Origin: Ylistrum balloti
Taxonomy: Eukaryota
Reading direction: 5' to 3'
DNA: 64,000 nucleotides
Assembly (NCBI RefSeq): GCF_031769215.1
Contig: NW_026782228.1
Location: forward strand, 62,001-126,000
Shown here: piece after piece, positions 29,467-43,879 of the stretch
Layout of the letters: the number at the start of each line of letters is the position of its first letter
How positions within the stretch are numbered: the stretch's first letter is position 1
Notes under the pieces: generated by a model
Seen by the model: the letters and a program-made list of their open reading frames with translations, nothing else
What the model was told of the DNA's origin: nothing
Database searches by the model: none
Program-made: the position numbers and the translations under genes

Positions 29467-32400
29467 TGTAAGATGATCACAGCTATATATATTGTTCAGT
29501 TTCAAGTTGGTTTTTATACCAAATTGAACAAAAAATAGTATAAGTCCAGCCACGCTTAAGTTTTACACAATATACACATCACAAAACCACAGCCATCCTG
29601 CTCGTTATGCCTCACTTCCTCAAAGTGTGAAGCGGTGGTTGTGGACCAGCGATAAAGTCTCGCTACCCGACTACCCCGCAGGGTTTGCACATATACAGAG
29701 TAACGTAAGCTACACATTCCCAGAGAGAAATTACCTCTGTGATATTGCTGATCAGTATGAGGTGTGTTTGGAACTTCACACATTATTCCATACTTAAATT
29801 TTTTTTGGGGGGTGGGGTGGGGGGGGGGGGGGGGTGGGGGTGGGGGTGGACACTTTAGCAACGGTTTTAAACAAAGACAAGTTTAACTTAATCAGGCGCT
29901 GTGTATACATTTACATTTACACAAGCAGAATCGGAGACACAGACTTTCTGACAATGTCAATATTTTACGTTCAGCTTTAACAAATACACGGGTAAGTGAT
30001 AAAATATGTCTGAAGAAAGAAAAAAGATTATGTAATCAGAGTGCATTTACTATGAGCCTTAGTCATAGGGAACTGTGTACACTGTGATATGTTTGTCTTA
30101 CAAAGGTCGGTTACTCTGGTTGCTAGTGCAGTAGAAGTCTTTATCACACTTTGTATGTAAGTGCAACGTTAAGGCGTGACTATTGATTTCAGTGAGCAAT
30201 GGAACCTCATTGGTTGAGACACTATGTTAAGGTCTATATTTGAACCATAAGTTTATTACTTTTCTCGGACAATTCTATTTTGCTTTTCGAGAAACTATTC
30301 GTAATGTGTTGGCTAATAATTACATTGCACTCTAAATATAGTAACATAAGTAAGATTTTAGACAAATGTCCATGTGTATGAGATGAACCCTCCTGTATGT
30401 GTTTAGTAAGTGTATTTTCTTGAATTGTCAATGAAATACATAGCATTCATAAAGCATATTCGTGCCCATGACAGAGAACTGTTAAACAGTAAGAGAAAAG
30501 ACAAAGATACATTACAACAGGGCATTTAATTTTATTTATGACTTCATTTTTTCGGAATGTTGCAGTGATACAAAGTGATCACATACCGTATACGGAACTT
30601 TATGCTTAGCACTTACTGTTAACGTGGTTATTTCAGCGGGTGTTAATTTCGCGATTTTGATAACCTATACGCCTGAGAATAATTTCCGCAATCGACGAGC
30701 CTTTATTTATCCAGTGTTTATTTTAAAGTATCAATCCGTCTCTATAATCAAATTGTCGATTTTTTAAGTATATAAAATGTGTCCTTATCAACGACATAAT
30801 TTACAATTTGATTGTACGTGTTATTTGAAAATAAAGGGGAAACAACTGATTGTTGTTATGTTAATCCATTTCTAATTAACTTCCTAAAAATTCTCATCAC
30901 TACCAATCTAGTTGGAGGCGAACAAGGAAAAAACTTTTGAAATTGCAATTGCAATTGCAGAATATGAAATATGAGCCTGTTTGAAAATTCGCAAATCTAG
31001 TCATACTTTCTTGTAAATGACAGAGATAAGAATCTAGGATCATAGTGACTCAGTGTCTTTAGGGCTTTTTGAAACCAACTCTTATATGAGTGTTGTCAGT
31101 GACTTCGAAAAGTTGCCCACAGGAATAAATATGCAATAAATCAACTAGACATTTCATTTACAAATCAGCAGAAAACAGAAAATTACTTTCAAATGAAATC
31201 AGTGAAATAAAAAGAAAGATATATTAAAATGTAACAGGAAATACTTTTAATTCGATAGCATTATCTTTTAATGGATAGAAATCTTTTAAATGGATTAAAT
31301 TAGATTGAAGAGAAATGAACTAAAACGAGGCTCTATAATTTACAAGTGCTGTCTGGACACGTAGGCATAAAACCAAGGCTGATATCCAGACCATGTAGAC
31401 CATAACATTAAAAGGATTATGATATTAAATGGCTTGCAAGTTTAAATATTACTTGGATCTGATTGGTCTATTAGCCAGAGGAAAACAACAGACAAGGAAA
31501 TTATATATTTGTTGTGGCAGAGAAAAAGATAGAAGCTTAAAGTCCGTGTTTAACTCGTGTTCTTTCCAGACCTTGGAAGCACGAATATTGACATACAACG
31601 CTCAGCGGATGTTTTAGGATTGAAATTGATATAACATTCAATTCAAGCTTGTTTTCCCTTCCCAAAGTTAGTAAAGGTAATACTGATGACTTAAATATTG
31701 TTTTACCTGTATAGATAATATATACTTGTTATATAGGTCAATATGTTGTAAATTTAACCTCTACATCGTGTTCGATCAGTGCGTTTCCTTCGTGTCTGCG
31801 GACATGGCTGGTATACCTAGACCTAGAAGATTTGACTATGAATTATTGATACACTGTAGTGGATATGTAACTTATCACATTTGTAGAAGGATTATTTCCT
31901 TTATAATGTACGATTTGCATGTAGACACGCACTATCATTTACAAGTGCACAGGTCCTTGTCTAACCAACCAATCTTACCTACTGTAAAATCAGCTATGTT
32001 TTGAGGCTCAGTTTTCGTGGGGTTATTTGTTCGTTTCTTTAAACAACTTTTCTGTGAACACTTGGTTTTGTAGATTAATATTACTCAATCTGTTTACGCT
32101 AATTTCAACAGTTCGTAAATTCGTTGAAAACGAGTACCTAGGAAATTAACAAAAATTCAAGAATTCAAGATGGAGGCGAAAATTTGCTAACCATTTTATA
32201 TAAACGACAGAGACGAAATGAACGTAAGGCAAACACTTGTATAATGGTACAAGACAAAAGCGAAAATAACCTGTGTGAAAATATCCCGGTCTTCAGTCTT
32301 CCTTTGTTAAATAAAGACCTGACATTTTTCGCACTAAAGAATATGTACTGAGAGGAGAATATGTTTCTGACATTGTTTTGAAAATATCGGATACATGAAT

Positions 32401-34279
32401 ATTTCGAAATTTATCTAATCATTGGGTCAGTGCATCTCCTCCATCTAAATAATGAATTTCAAATAAAAGTTTAGGCCCTTAGCATCACCGACTGGTCCTA
32501 TAAGGACGAAACAACTGTATGATACAATAAATAATAATTGTGTCTACAGTATCCAATGCTAAATTTGTATTAAAAGGTGTTATTCATCTATAATTCTTTT
32601 ATACGATCTTCCTTAAATTAAAACGAAATCCCGATTCTTGAATTTCTTTTCTAAAGTTCACGGTATTTCTATTGATGAATAAGACAATACAATTGTGCGG
32701 GTATTCACAAATAAATAGCTGCTTATTGGAATGATGCAATACCAGGTGAAGAAGGCAAAAAATCCCTCTTTTGGTGCATTTCAATGTTTGTTTCCAGATC
32801 AGAATATACATTTCTAGTAATTTCCAATTAAATTCTATTAAGACATGTTGATTGGGTGATATATATTAAGTAGTTAATAATAGTCTAATTGGTGCCATAA
32901 TAACTGAAGAAGCAAGTGTAATCTTGTCCTATCGGGATAAATCGAACAAGTGTTGCGCATTTTCAAGTACTGAAGGCCCACATTACGTACTTGAGTTCAT
33001 CTTTACTGTGAATATACTTTTACTGTTCATTTTAATTACATAATTATATACCAGGCGATTGTTTATTGCTATGCAGCTACAGAAACATCCGCAATTGTAC
33101 GTATATGTTTCAATAAAGGGATAATTCCCTGTCTTTATTCTAGGACAGAGATTTGCTTGTTTTGGGGTTTTATCGCACAGTAAAGACGAGGCAAAGTCTT
33201 CTTGCATCTATTTATGGTGCCGGTTGCTACATTACTGGAAAACAGTCCTTCGTAGTCCATCGAAAGCAATTTGAAAAAAGTGACTTGCCCAAGGACACAA
33301 CCACGCGTACCCGAGTTTGATTGTAAATACAATATATATCTGATACACCAATAATATATGTTTTAACTGAATTATAATATACGGATGAACGGAAGCGGAT
33401 TCCGTTTTTAAGTCAAAATTTCGAGACATTACATATATGTCGAGATTTCAAATTAATATTACAAAATTTCGAAATAGTTCGTCTAAATTTTGAGATAGTT
33501 ATGCAAAATTTCGAGATATGTTGAAAATTCAAATGGCAACACGAAATAACCCGAATTTCTACATAGCCATCCGAAATTTCGAGAGAGAATCACAAAGTTT
33601 CGACATATTAATATGAATTTTCGAGATAATATCCCAAATTTTCCTATATTTCAACCTTAAATTTCGAGAGAGTAATAAGAGGTGTAGCTTGAAATCTTTG
33701 AGAGACCCAACATACATTTTGGTATATATTGACCATGTGATTTCAGTGGTTGTTAGCGAAAGAACATCGTAAATAGATACAAGGATGATGAATAAAAAAG
33801 TGAGCTAACATTTGGACTACAAGAATGTACACTTAAATAAGGTTTGACTCTATCTTCTTGTACTCTTATATTCTGCAATTCTATCATACAGGTCATATTG
33901 TAAATATCGAACGTATAAACATAAACGAAAAAAAAATTAAAAATACATCGGAACTGAAACCCGGAAAATGAATATTTCAAAACCAATGATCCAAAATGGA
34001 CAAAATTAGAATTTAAAAAACCCATGTAAACAATAAAAGAGTAAATATATAGGTAAACGAATCTATAGTGTGCTTTAGGTGTTTAATACTGTCAAGTACT
34101 ACAACAAGGTTAGACAAGTAATATGCCATAATACCAGTGCATTGTATGTAAAGCTGAGGATGTTGTACTAACCATCTTTAATAGTTCATTTCCCTTTCAA
34201 AATATCGTCATCTGGTGTGCGAAGTAGTGTCTAAAAAACTGAAACGGGTATCATTGTCTTACGTTTTCTGATAATTATT

Positions 34280-34790
34280 GGTACTTTAGTTCAATTCAAT
34301 TAGTTTATTCTTTAAGTCATATGACCTATAAGATACAATACACATTATTGATACACATTAACATGTTAAACAGATTAATGATGTACAGGAGAGTGACTAT
34401 AGTTGGTATATGTAATCATATCGTTCACAAACAAACACAAGAAAGCGATATTTCTAAAGTGAATGGGAGCGCTTCTTAAATTTTTATGTACTTATCAAGA
34501 TTACACAAATTGTTTACATTACTGGGACGACGTACAAAAATATCATCTTCGATTGAGTGATCAGCTTTAAAACCAAACTGGACATCAGTAATAATAGAAT
34601 TGTCCTCATCCCACTGGACAAGTCTTCTGTTTAAAACTGCAATAAAAAGTTTGCCTATACATCTGACAAGAGTAATGCCTTTATAATTACCAACATCAAT
34701 GGTATTATCCATTCTTTGTTCAGGGACAATACAGCTACTTCTCTGCTAACATATACCAACCATTGTTTAAGTAAGAAGATCAACGCTCAA
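34280..34790 (-). mobile_element. Short LINE fragment: RT N-terminal part joined to a 3' end
   Basis: GNYKGITLVRCIGKLFIAVLNRRL...QFGFK; AATAAA followed by a (TTGAA)n-like tail at about 34290-34310. Confidence 0.8.
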
Positions 34791-36688
34791 TGCGTCTAGA
34801 AAAATGGCTGGTATTTACTACTTGTCGAAATTCATTTCACTTTATTCTCGTAATCTAGTAGAACAATATTTATCTATACAGGTAGGTTATGGTCATAGCA
34901 GTTGTTTGTAGTACATAGTTATAGTTAATTAAGTGTATAGAACTTTGATGTTCGTCTACACCCGACTTAAATCGTGAATTGTTCAATTGTTAATCATTCC
35001 ATAGGTAGTGATACGAGTAGAATACAAATCGACATTAAGAAAGCCTTATGCCAATATCTGATATCTGGAAGATATATGACTTTGAGGGGTTGAGTGTTAA
35101 TTACATATTGCCTACTTTGCTGTTAATGGACACGTACCTAGGACGGGAAGCCTCAAGGACACCCAGGGATATTATATACTTGAAACTCTATATAAAGTAC
35201 ACCTGGGCCTAAAATTATATATAAATATATAATACTCAAATAACTATTTTCTGTATAACATGACCTCCACAAGAGAATGCCTAAAAGCCAACACAAAGAA
35301 TTTTTTAATGAGATAAACTATATAAACATTATGTTTATTACGCAATATGAAATGCTTATAATATGCCTATTCATTACCGAAGCGGAGACCGTTACATAAA
35401 TTTATCAAACTACCCCTGCTATCGCTAAGTAATCATAATTGAAGTAGAAAATTATTCTACCCAACAGTATACCTGACCTCCGGTGTATATATCACAAAGG
35501 CAGTTGTGGATGAGTCCGGTAAACTTGTGGCCAGCCGACAGACTCTTGCAGACGACACTGGACAAATATTTGACAATATTTCAACATTATGATAGTTTTA
35601 GTGGCCATATTTATTATTCAATAAAAAAAACCTGTCTCGTTGTGTTCCTTATATTAGACCACACCTATGTGTTATTATTCATCAAAATCTGACATTTGAA
35701 TTTCACTTCCTTCGTCGGCTGTCTTGGGTTTTAAAAAATGCTCCAAATAAATTCACACCAAGTTTCAATTCAATCTAAGCAATAGTTGAGTTAAAGGCTG
35801 TTGTTTTTCAAGCAAACAGACGATATGAAGGATATAATCGTGATAGATATTAACCAGCGTAGCTCTAGCGACCCGGCAGGAGCGGCGAGCGAAGCAAGAA
35901 ATAAGCATAACACGCGCGATTAAAAAAGAGTGAAAAACATTCAAACATACTATCAATTATTAAGTTGCAATATTACATAAATGATATTTATGTGGTATTT
36001 GTGTCCTATTTTGTGTCTTGATGAAAGCTCGAAAATTTGACAATTCACTTGTCCGTACTGTCGTTATTACTTCATTAATCATATGATGAATTTTATGAGG
36101 GAGCCTGTCGAATTTCATACCTCCCCTCGGTTCTTTCTTCACAAAACACTCGCCTTGTTTGGTTGTTAGAATGGACATAAACGTAATATTCCATGTCGCT
36201 TATCAATAACAAATTATACAGATTACGATACATGTTCATAAATATTCCGATGTTAATAACCATATGTTACATTTAGATTACGATATTGAATATCATAAGA
36301 TATCAAATATTAATATTTATTTCACATTTACAGTTTTCCAATACCTGCAATATTTTTTCAATAAAATTTGAATATCAAAACAAACTGATATGACCGTGTT
36401 ATATATCTCAGGGGTCTGAAATATGAGCTGATTTTTCTGTACACTCGAGCCACATGAAAATGCGACAGAAGAATTAGCAGTTATCAACCCGTAATGTATC
36501 AGCTCGAGAGTTAACACATTGATTTGTATATGATAGCACAATACTGACTCAGTTTAGTTTGGTTTAAACATAATTTATTGCCGTTAAGCAAAAGGATTGG
36601 ACACAAGTTGCAATAACATTTTAACGCCCGTTCCTTAAGAAGAAAAACAATTACATATACACATTTCAAGATGGCTCAAAATCAATAT

Positions 36689-36843
36689 NNNNNNNNNNNN
36701 NNNNNNNNNNNNNNNNNNNNNNNNNNNNNNNNNNNNNNNNNNNNNNNNNNNNNNNNNNNNNNNNNNNNNNNNNNNNNNNNNNNNNNNNNNNNNNNNNNNN
36801 NNNNNNNNNNNNNNNNNNNNNNNNNNNNNNNNNNNNNNNNNNN
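36689..36843. other. Assembly gap (155 N)
   Basis: Run of n. Confidence 1.
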
Positions 36844-37128
36844 TAAATAAATATATTCTTACAAAATACATCTGAAATATATCTTACACTATATTTTACA
36901 TTTAACCGCACCAACCGAATCATGTTCTCACACAACACAATCATGCTCGCAAGCCATGAAAATTCAGACACCAAATTATATTTATGAAGGTTCTGAACAG
37001 GCCAGACGTTGGTAGTTAAATCTACCACATGCAAAGAAGAAATGATGAGCATTTTCATAAGGATATCCACATGCACAAGAAGGAGAGTCGATTAGATTAA
37101 TGTTGAAAAGATCTTCATTTAAAGGACT

Positions 37129-37276
37129 NNNNNNNNNNNNNNNNNNNNNNNNNNNNNNNNNNNNNNNNNNNNNNNNNNNNNNNNNNNNNNNNNNNNNNNN
37201 NNNNNNNNNNNNNNNNNNNNNNNNNNNNNNNNNNNNNNNNNNNNNNNNNNNNNNNNNNNNNNNNNNNNNNNNNNNN
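37129..37276. other. Assembly gap (148 N)
   Basis: Run of n. Confidence 1.
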
Positions 37277-38482
37277 AATAAAAACGTTATTTCAAAATAC
37301 ATCTTAAATATATCTTACAATATATTATACATTTAACCGCATCAACCGAATCATGCTATCACACAACAAAAGCATGCTCGCAAGCCATGAAAATTCAGAC
37401 ACCAAATTAAACTAATTGGAAATAAATAATTGTGCGATTTCATAGAAAGGCACAAGGAAATGGAACGTGACCTGTCTAAACCGGCGAGTACTCAATATGT
37501 ACTGTTGGACATATATAAATAAATCCTTATTATCATCACTTGAGTAGTCTTCATGGCCAAATAATAATTTATCTAAACTTAACGGCAAATGTCTATGAAA
37601 GTTTCTGAACATGGCAAGACGTTGGTTGTTATAGCTACCCCATGCAAAGAAGAAATGATGAGCATTTTCATAAGGATATCCAAATGCACAAGAAGGAGAG
37701 TCGATTAGGTTAACGTTGAAAGTTGAAAAGATCTGCATCTATGGCGGAGTTTGGTTAATAACATATTTAGCTTAAGATCTCCAACTAAGTAGAAATCAGG
37801 TACATTAAATGTTTCATTTTGTTGAGAAAAGCAGGTCTTTGAAGATCTTAAAAGAGGGCGCAGTTTTAGTATTATCATCTAGGTCATTCCACAACCTTAA
37901 CGTAGAAGGTATACAAGAATTAAGTGTAGATTGTAAACGAAAATTAGAAATGGAATAATTTTCAGAATTTTTCAAGTTGTATTGAGTTGAGAAAGATAGT
38001 AATAGGGGAAGAAGGTATGTCAAGTATGGGGGAGTCATATTGTTGTGAATTTTATAGAAAAGTTTGCAGCGAATGCGTCGTTTAGATATGACTTCCCAAC
38101 CAGTTGCGAAAAAGGAGATGTTCTGCTAGCAGATGAAGGCAAACCAGTGACAATACGCGCCGCTTCAAGCTGTAGTTTTTCTAGTTTATACACAACTTAA
38201 GAAACGCCATAGATAAGGTTTACATACTATTTATTATTTAAAACACTACACAACAAGATTCATTATAAAAGAAATACATTTGGCTCTTCTTGTGGGCTAC
38301 TCACCATCTGTATACCTTATAAAAACATTCAAATATATCCTTAACTTCTTATTAACTTTACCTGATCCGATACTTAAATGATAACATGCAAAAATAGTTA
38401 TTATCGGAATGAACATGTAAAAGATAGTTACTATCGGAATGGGGAAAAGAATTTCCTGGAATTCTACTAGCCTGAACAATAT

Positions 38483-39055
38483 AACCTGGAACAGGTTATG
38501 GTACAAGACCCTGGAACAGGGTAAAATCTTAATCAACAGTGTAACCTGGGACAGGTTATGGGACTAAACCCTGGAACAGGGTAAAATCTTAATCAACAAT
38601 TTAACCTGGAACAGGTTATGGGACTAAACCCTGGAACAGGGTAAAATCTTAATTTACAATGTAACCTGGAACAGGTTATGGTACAAGACCCTGGACCAGG
38701 GTAAAATCTTAATTTACAATGTAACCTGGAACAGGTTATCGGACTAAAAAACCCAGGAACAGGGTAAAACTTAACAATGTAACCTGGAGCAGGTTATCGG
38801 ACTAAAAAACCCAAGAACAGGGTAAAAACTTAATCTACAATTTAACCTGGAATAAGTTATGTGACTAAAACCCTGGAACAGGATAAAATTTCAAACAATA
38901 ATGTGACCTGGATCAAATGTAAGTGACTAAACCCTGAAACAGGGTACAAAATAATTAAACATTGTAACCTGGAACAGGTTATGAGACTAAAACCCTGGAA
39001 CAGGATAAAAAGTTTTAAACAGTCCAACAATGTAACTTGGAACAGGTTATATGAC
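38483..39055. repeat. Satellite with a unit of about 60 bp, about 10 copies; each unit carries two CCTGGAACAGG cores
   Basis: AACCTGG recurs at 38483, 38543, 38603, 38663 and 38723, then degenerates. Confidence 0.93.
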
Positions 39056-40514
39056 TAAAAAATAATACTTAATTAAAGTTGTAAACATACCAGGTAAACA
39101 TTCTCACAAATACATATGCATATGTCTAGTTTGAAATTATTTCAAGATCTAAGAAAGTAGTAGTTTCCAGTTCGATTGGGGAGTGAGAAAAGACAGGAAG
39201 GGCAGTCAAGATTATTCGTAATATCATTTAAAATGTATATACAAAAGGAAAAGAAGTGGACCTAAGACAGAACCCTGGGGTACAACAGCATTTGTTGTTT
39301 TAATACGAGAAGTAACATTCTGAATAAAGACTTGTTGGTAACGATTTTGAACGTGATCCGATAGCCAGTTTTAAAGATTTCCAGTGATTCCATAGCTTTC
39401 TAATTTACGTACAAGTCCTGCATGCCAAACACGATCAAAAGCTTTTGAGATGTCACAAAAAACAAGATAGGTATGTTTACGTTTTTTTTAAAAAACTTTT
39501 TACATACATTATGATAAATTTTAATTAGTTGATATAATGTTGAATGACCTTGCTGGAATCCAGATTGGTATTTATATATTAATGAAGTGTCTATTAAATA
39601 ATTATGTAGAAATATTATGATAACTTTTCAAATACCTTTCCTTCCGTGCTTAATAAGGCTATAGGTATATAATTACTGGGACATCGTTTATCGCCATTCT
39701 TGAAAGTGGGCAAGACCAGTGCTTTTTTCCGGGAATTAGGATATATTCATTGATCAAGAGACTTTCTGAAGTTAAGAAATAAAGGAAAAGACACAGAATG
39801 GATTTACACAGTCATTTGGTTTATATACTGTACATAGAATATACCAGGAGTTATTGAAAAAAATTCAATCCAGATGGCCTCACCTGATTGAAATTCTAAA
39901 TCAAAGCGACGTTTGGCAGAAAGAATATGAATAATATAGACTACGATACCTCAACCACGTGCATGTTCGCGGTCTTTGCGGAAGGGAGTATTACTGTAAC
40001 AAGGAATTGTAATTTCTACATCAGGGATACTGTTGTCTAAGTGGGATTAGGTAATGCACACTACAGGAAATTCGACTACGATATTCTCATGGTGAGTCAA
40101 TTATTTCTTAAACTACGTATGTTTAAATGCAAAATTGTTAAGTCATCGGAAGATACAACAGACCCGGGATTTTCGTGTATGTCAATGCAAATAAATAGTA
40201 ACAGATAAATGATAAGGATAAAATTAGTATTGCTGAAATAGCTTTGAACAACATAAAAGATAAGACTGTAACTCGAGGTCTTAATCGAGAGAAGGAGTTC
40301 AAATAGTTCAAATGAAATGCAAATTGATTCTAGCGTTTGAGAAACTACTGAAATAGTTACAATGTGTACGCATGTAGAAGTTAAAGATAATCACTACCCA
40401 TTATCAAAGTCGGTCACAGCTCGGTAGCTTTCAGCAAACACTACACGCACGTGATACATCAACAGTGCAGACGGTCTCAAGGTAAAGTGCACAAAGTGAG
40501 GATATAAAACAGGA

Positions 40515-43450
40515 AAGGTAAACAAGTTCTTTATTTCGCCAAATGTCTTACGACTTATAGGTACAAGCTATTCATATACAGGTATATATGTTATGGGAGA
40601 GTGTCTAAAGCATACGAGTGCAAACTATAAACACTGAGCATATTACGAATACACAAAATCATAAATAACTAACTAATCAATTACGCCTCTTAGTGGCTAG
40701 ATATAAATATTTTCCTAAATTTGACAACTATTTAACGTTATTAACAGATAATAGTTGGACAAGATTGTAAACAGATGGACTCTTATAATAATACTTCTTT
40801 ATATATTTTGACCTCAAATCATTATAAAAAGGACATACAAAAATTTCTTCGCATGATGTCATTGTGTCTACCTATTTCGATATTTAATTTATGAGACGAT
40901 ATTCTAAACTTAGTTAGCATACATTTGTATTTAGACTCGATAGATTTAAGGAGATAAAATTGAATACAGTGACTATCTATAAGATATTGATATCTTTGCC
41001 ATCATATTTTGCTTAGTAATATCGCTCAGCCTCTGTTCAATAATTCTAAAAGCGTTTAAAACTGGTAGATTCGCTTCGAAAATATAACCTAAGCCTAGGA
41101 CTATTAATTCATTCTTAATATTACATATTCACGGATCGTTCTCGTTAACACACTCATCATAAAAAAGTTTTTGATATCAAATTATCCGATTTCTTCAACT
41201 TCAACCAATATTTTGAATACTCTTAGCTTTCTTGTAACAATTAATGGTAACCTACCCAATTCACAATAAACTAAATCATTGGACGTAGATTTACAGACTT
41301 TAAGGACTTTTTTGCAGAAATTTAGATGGACTCTCTCTACGTTGGGGGCTTTATGAAATCCCCATATTTCTGCACCATAACTTAAAACACTGTTTACATA
41401 AATATCGAAAACAGAGCACTGAGTTTCTACATTCAAACAATAATTCCTTGATGACGATGACAATGAAAATAAGGTCTTTCTTCCTTGATCTGCTAAATGC
41501 TTTTAAGTTTTATAGAATTTTCCATTGTAATTAAAATACATTCCCAAATATTTGAAATAGTCAACAACTTCTAAGTTCTCATTATTATATTTCCACACTT
41601 CATTATTTCTTATATTTCCGCCATTTCTAAACACCTTGATTTTTGTTTTATCGACATTGACCTCCAAATCCCATTTTCTAGAATAACTTTAAAAAGAATC
41701 TAACAGGTTTTGTAATGCCTCTGGGCTATCAGCAAATAAAACCATATCATCGGCATACATTAGCAGAAAAAGGTTCAGCATCTGTATATCAATACTTGGA
41801 CAATTGTCATTAATGAAGTTAATTTCAAGATCATTTACGTACAAAGAAAACAGCACCTTGTAAGAGACCGGTATAATTAGGGAAACAATAACTTAATTGG
41901 CTCTCAAATTTTACACAGGATTTGACATTTTCATATAAAGAAAATACAATTTTTAAAAAGTCTTCCACGAATACCTTGTTGTGTTAATTTACTCCACAAT
42001 TTCCCTCTATTTACAAAATCAAATGCCTTTTTAAAATCAATGAAGCAGGAGTAAAGTCTTCCCTTTTCCGCAATTTCTTGTTAATTAAGGGTTACAAAAC
42101 AAATATGTCTTCAATGGTTGAACTGCTTTTTCTGAAACCAAACTGAGCATCTGTTATTATACAGTTTTCTTTTTCCCATTTCGTGATTCTATTATTCAAG
42201 ATTGAAGTAAATAATTTACCAAAACAGCTTACTAGAGATATACCACAATAATTATTAGTGTCGTTAATACAACCTTTCTTAAATACGGGCACAATGTAAA
42301 ATATGGCACTGAGAAATGCTTTCCTCGGACAAAAACTTCAAATCTTCACTGCAACTTTTGTTTGATTTCAATGGCTTTAACAATTTCTTCTGTTGTAATG
42401 TTAGAATCAAGATCTTCATATATTGACTCTATATCAACCTCAGTTAAATGTTGTGCAACATTATCACAAATATTTTGCGCAAGATCTTTAAAGTGTTTAT
42501 AGAAATCATCTGTTGTGAGTGTATTGATAGCTCTGTTCGATTGCCGATTATTAAAAATACTATAAAATTGGCTAGGATCAGTTCTTTTCAAAAGGACCAG
42601 CATGTCGCCTTCATGTCGTTTGTATTCTCTTTTAAGTTTATGCACCAAATTTTTGTGATTACGTTTGGTGGTTCTTAATATCTTGTGATTTTGATTCGAT
42701 TTATCCCGGTTAAAATTAACCAGCGAATTTCTATATTCGGTATACAGATCTTTGCATAGTGGAGTTATCCACGGTTTGTTTTGAGTAAAACTGGTTTTAG
42801 CGTAAAATTCGCGGGAGTTTCTCCAAGGGGTATCTCTACACTCACAATAAGGTAATGTACACTCATTTAGTATTCGATTTATGTTATTTACACATTCATT
42901 AACTGCATCTTGATTATTTAAATCAACATTCAACTGTGCATCAATTAGCTCACAGTTCTCACTTAATTTATCTAAAATTAACATAGTATTCTCACCTTTC
43001 CATTTAACAGACTTACAAGTTACTCTGCAGTACATGGCATTGCCGTCAAACAACTCATTTACATTTTGGGTATTTAAAACTGTGCCGATATATATACTAA
43101 ACGCAACTGGACAGTGATCAGAAAAAATATTAAAATTACCAGAATCAAACTTCATTATATTGTCTATTTTCTCATTTTCTACTAACAAACAATCAATCGT
43201 ACTTTTACCGTTATTATTATAAAATGTATACGTACCAATAGCGTCATCTGGGTGCCGCCCATTGACTATACACAAACCTGATGACTTGCACAGGTCAATA
43301 AGCTTACGACCAAATGTGTTTACCTCTTTATCCATATTTTTCCGATCAATACTGACAGTTTCAACATTATAATTAACCACATTATTTAAATTGTGTACTA
43401 AACTATCGTGTATTGTATCTAATTCTATATAATCACCTGAGATAAGCAAT
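40515..43450 (-). mobile_element. Near-complete but disrupted LINE ORF2 (APE C-terminal half, RT, C-terminus), CR1/L2/RTE-X-type
   Basis: 367-aa ORF (NTFGRKLIDLCK, STIDCLL, SDHCPV); NNYCGISLVSCFGKLFTSILNNR..QFGFR; LLMYADDMVLFA (YADD at 41757-41746); SYGAEIWGF...VYCELGRLPL; 3' end GGCGAAATAAA. Confidence 0.93.
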
Positions 43451-43879
43451 ATTGAATATAAAGGTTAAAGGATATTATCAAGTGTCATGAAACAGAAATT
43501 GTGACACTGAATATAGCGTGTCAATAGATGCATTCCATCAAAACTGTCATCCCATACTGATGATTCTTATAAAGTTATTTTTCAGTAGCAGTGCTATACA
43601 ATTTTTCTATGAAAATTACAGTAAAGTCTAAAAAATATTTCTCCCCAGGAAGAAATGTGAGATTCATTTTGGTAATTAAAGTACCTTAAGATGCTTTCAT
43701 TCATGAGGAGTAATTGATTCTACTATATCTGGGTCTTGAGGATTATTTTTTTGAAATTTAAGTCAAGAAAAATTGTAGTTCAGAAGGGTATCACAAGTTT
43801 TGGATATCTCACCATCAATTTTTTTAAAAATCAAACTGTCCATATTTCTTGTTTAGGACATAATAAACAATACCTACCA

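Larger units (their letters stand above)
36545..38270 (-). mobile_element. LINE 3' portion(s), partly duplicated around assembly gaps
   Basis: KLEKLQLEAARIVTGLPSSAS; PSTLRLWNDL; DSPSCACGYPYENAHHFFFAC (two copies); conserved 3' terminus at 36560-36620. Confidence 0.85.

Noticed and set aside
29467-29553. N-terminal extension of fucosyltransferase B given in the ORF track (MAGLILFF...)
   Set aside because: It starts at GTG. The first ATG is at 29466 and gives a normal short cytosolic tail before the TM helix.
31675-31720. Hammerhead ribozyme core (CTGATGA)
   Set aside because: No downstream GAAA core or flanking stems could be formed here or at the other CTGATGA hits I noticed.
38483-39055. 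CRISPR-like array (palindromic repeats at regular spacing)
   Set aside because: The spacers are themselves repeated rather than unique, the DNA is eukaryotic, and there are no cas genes.
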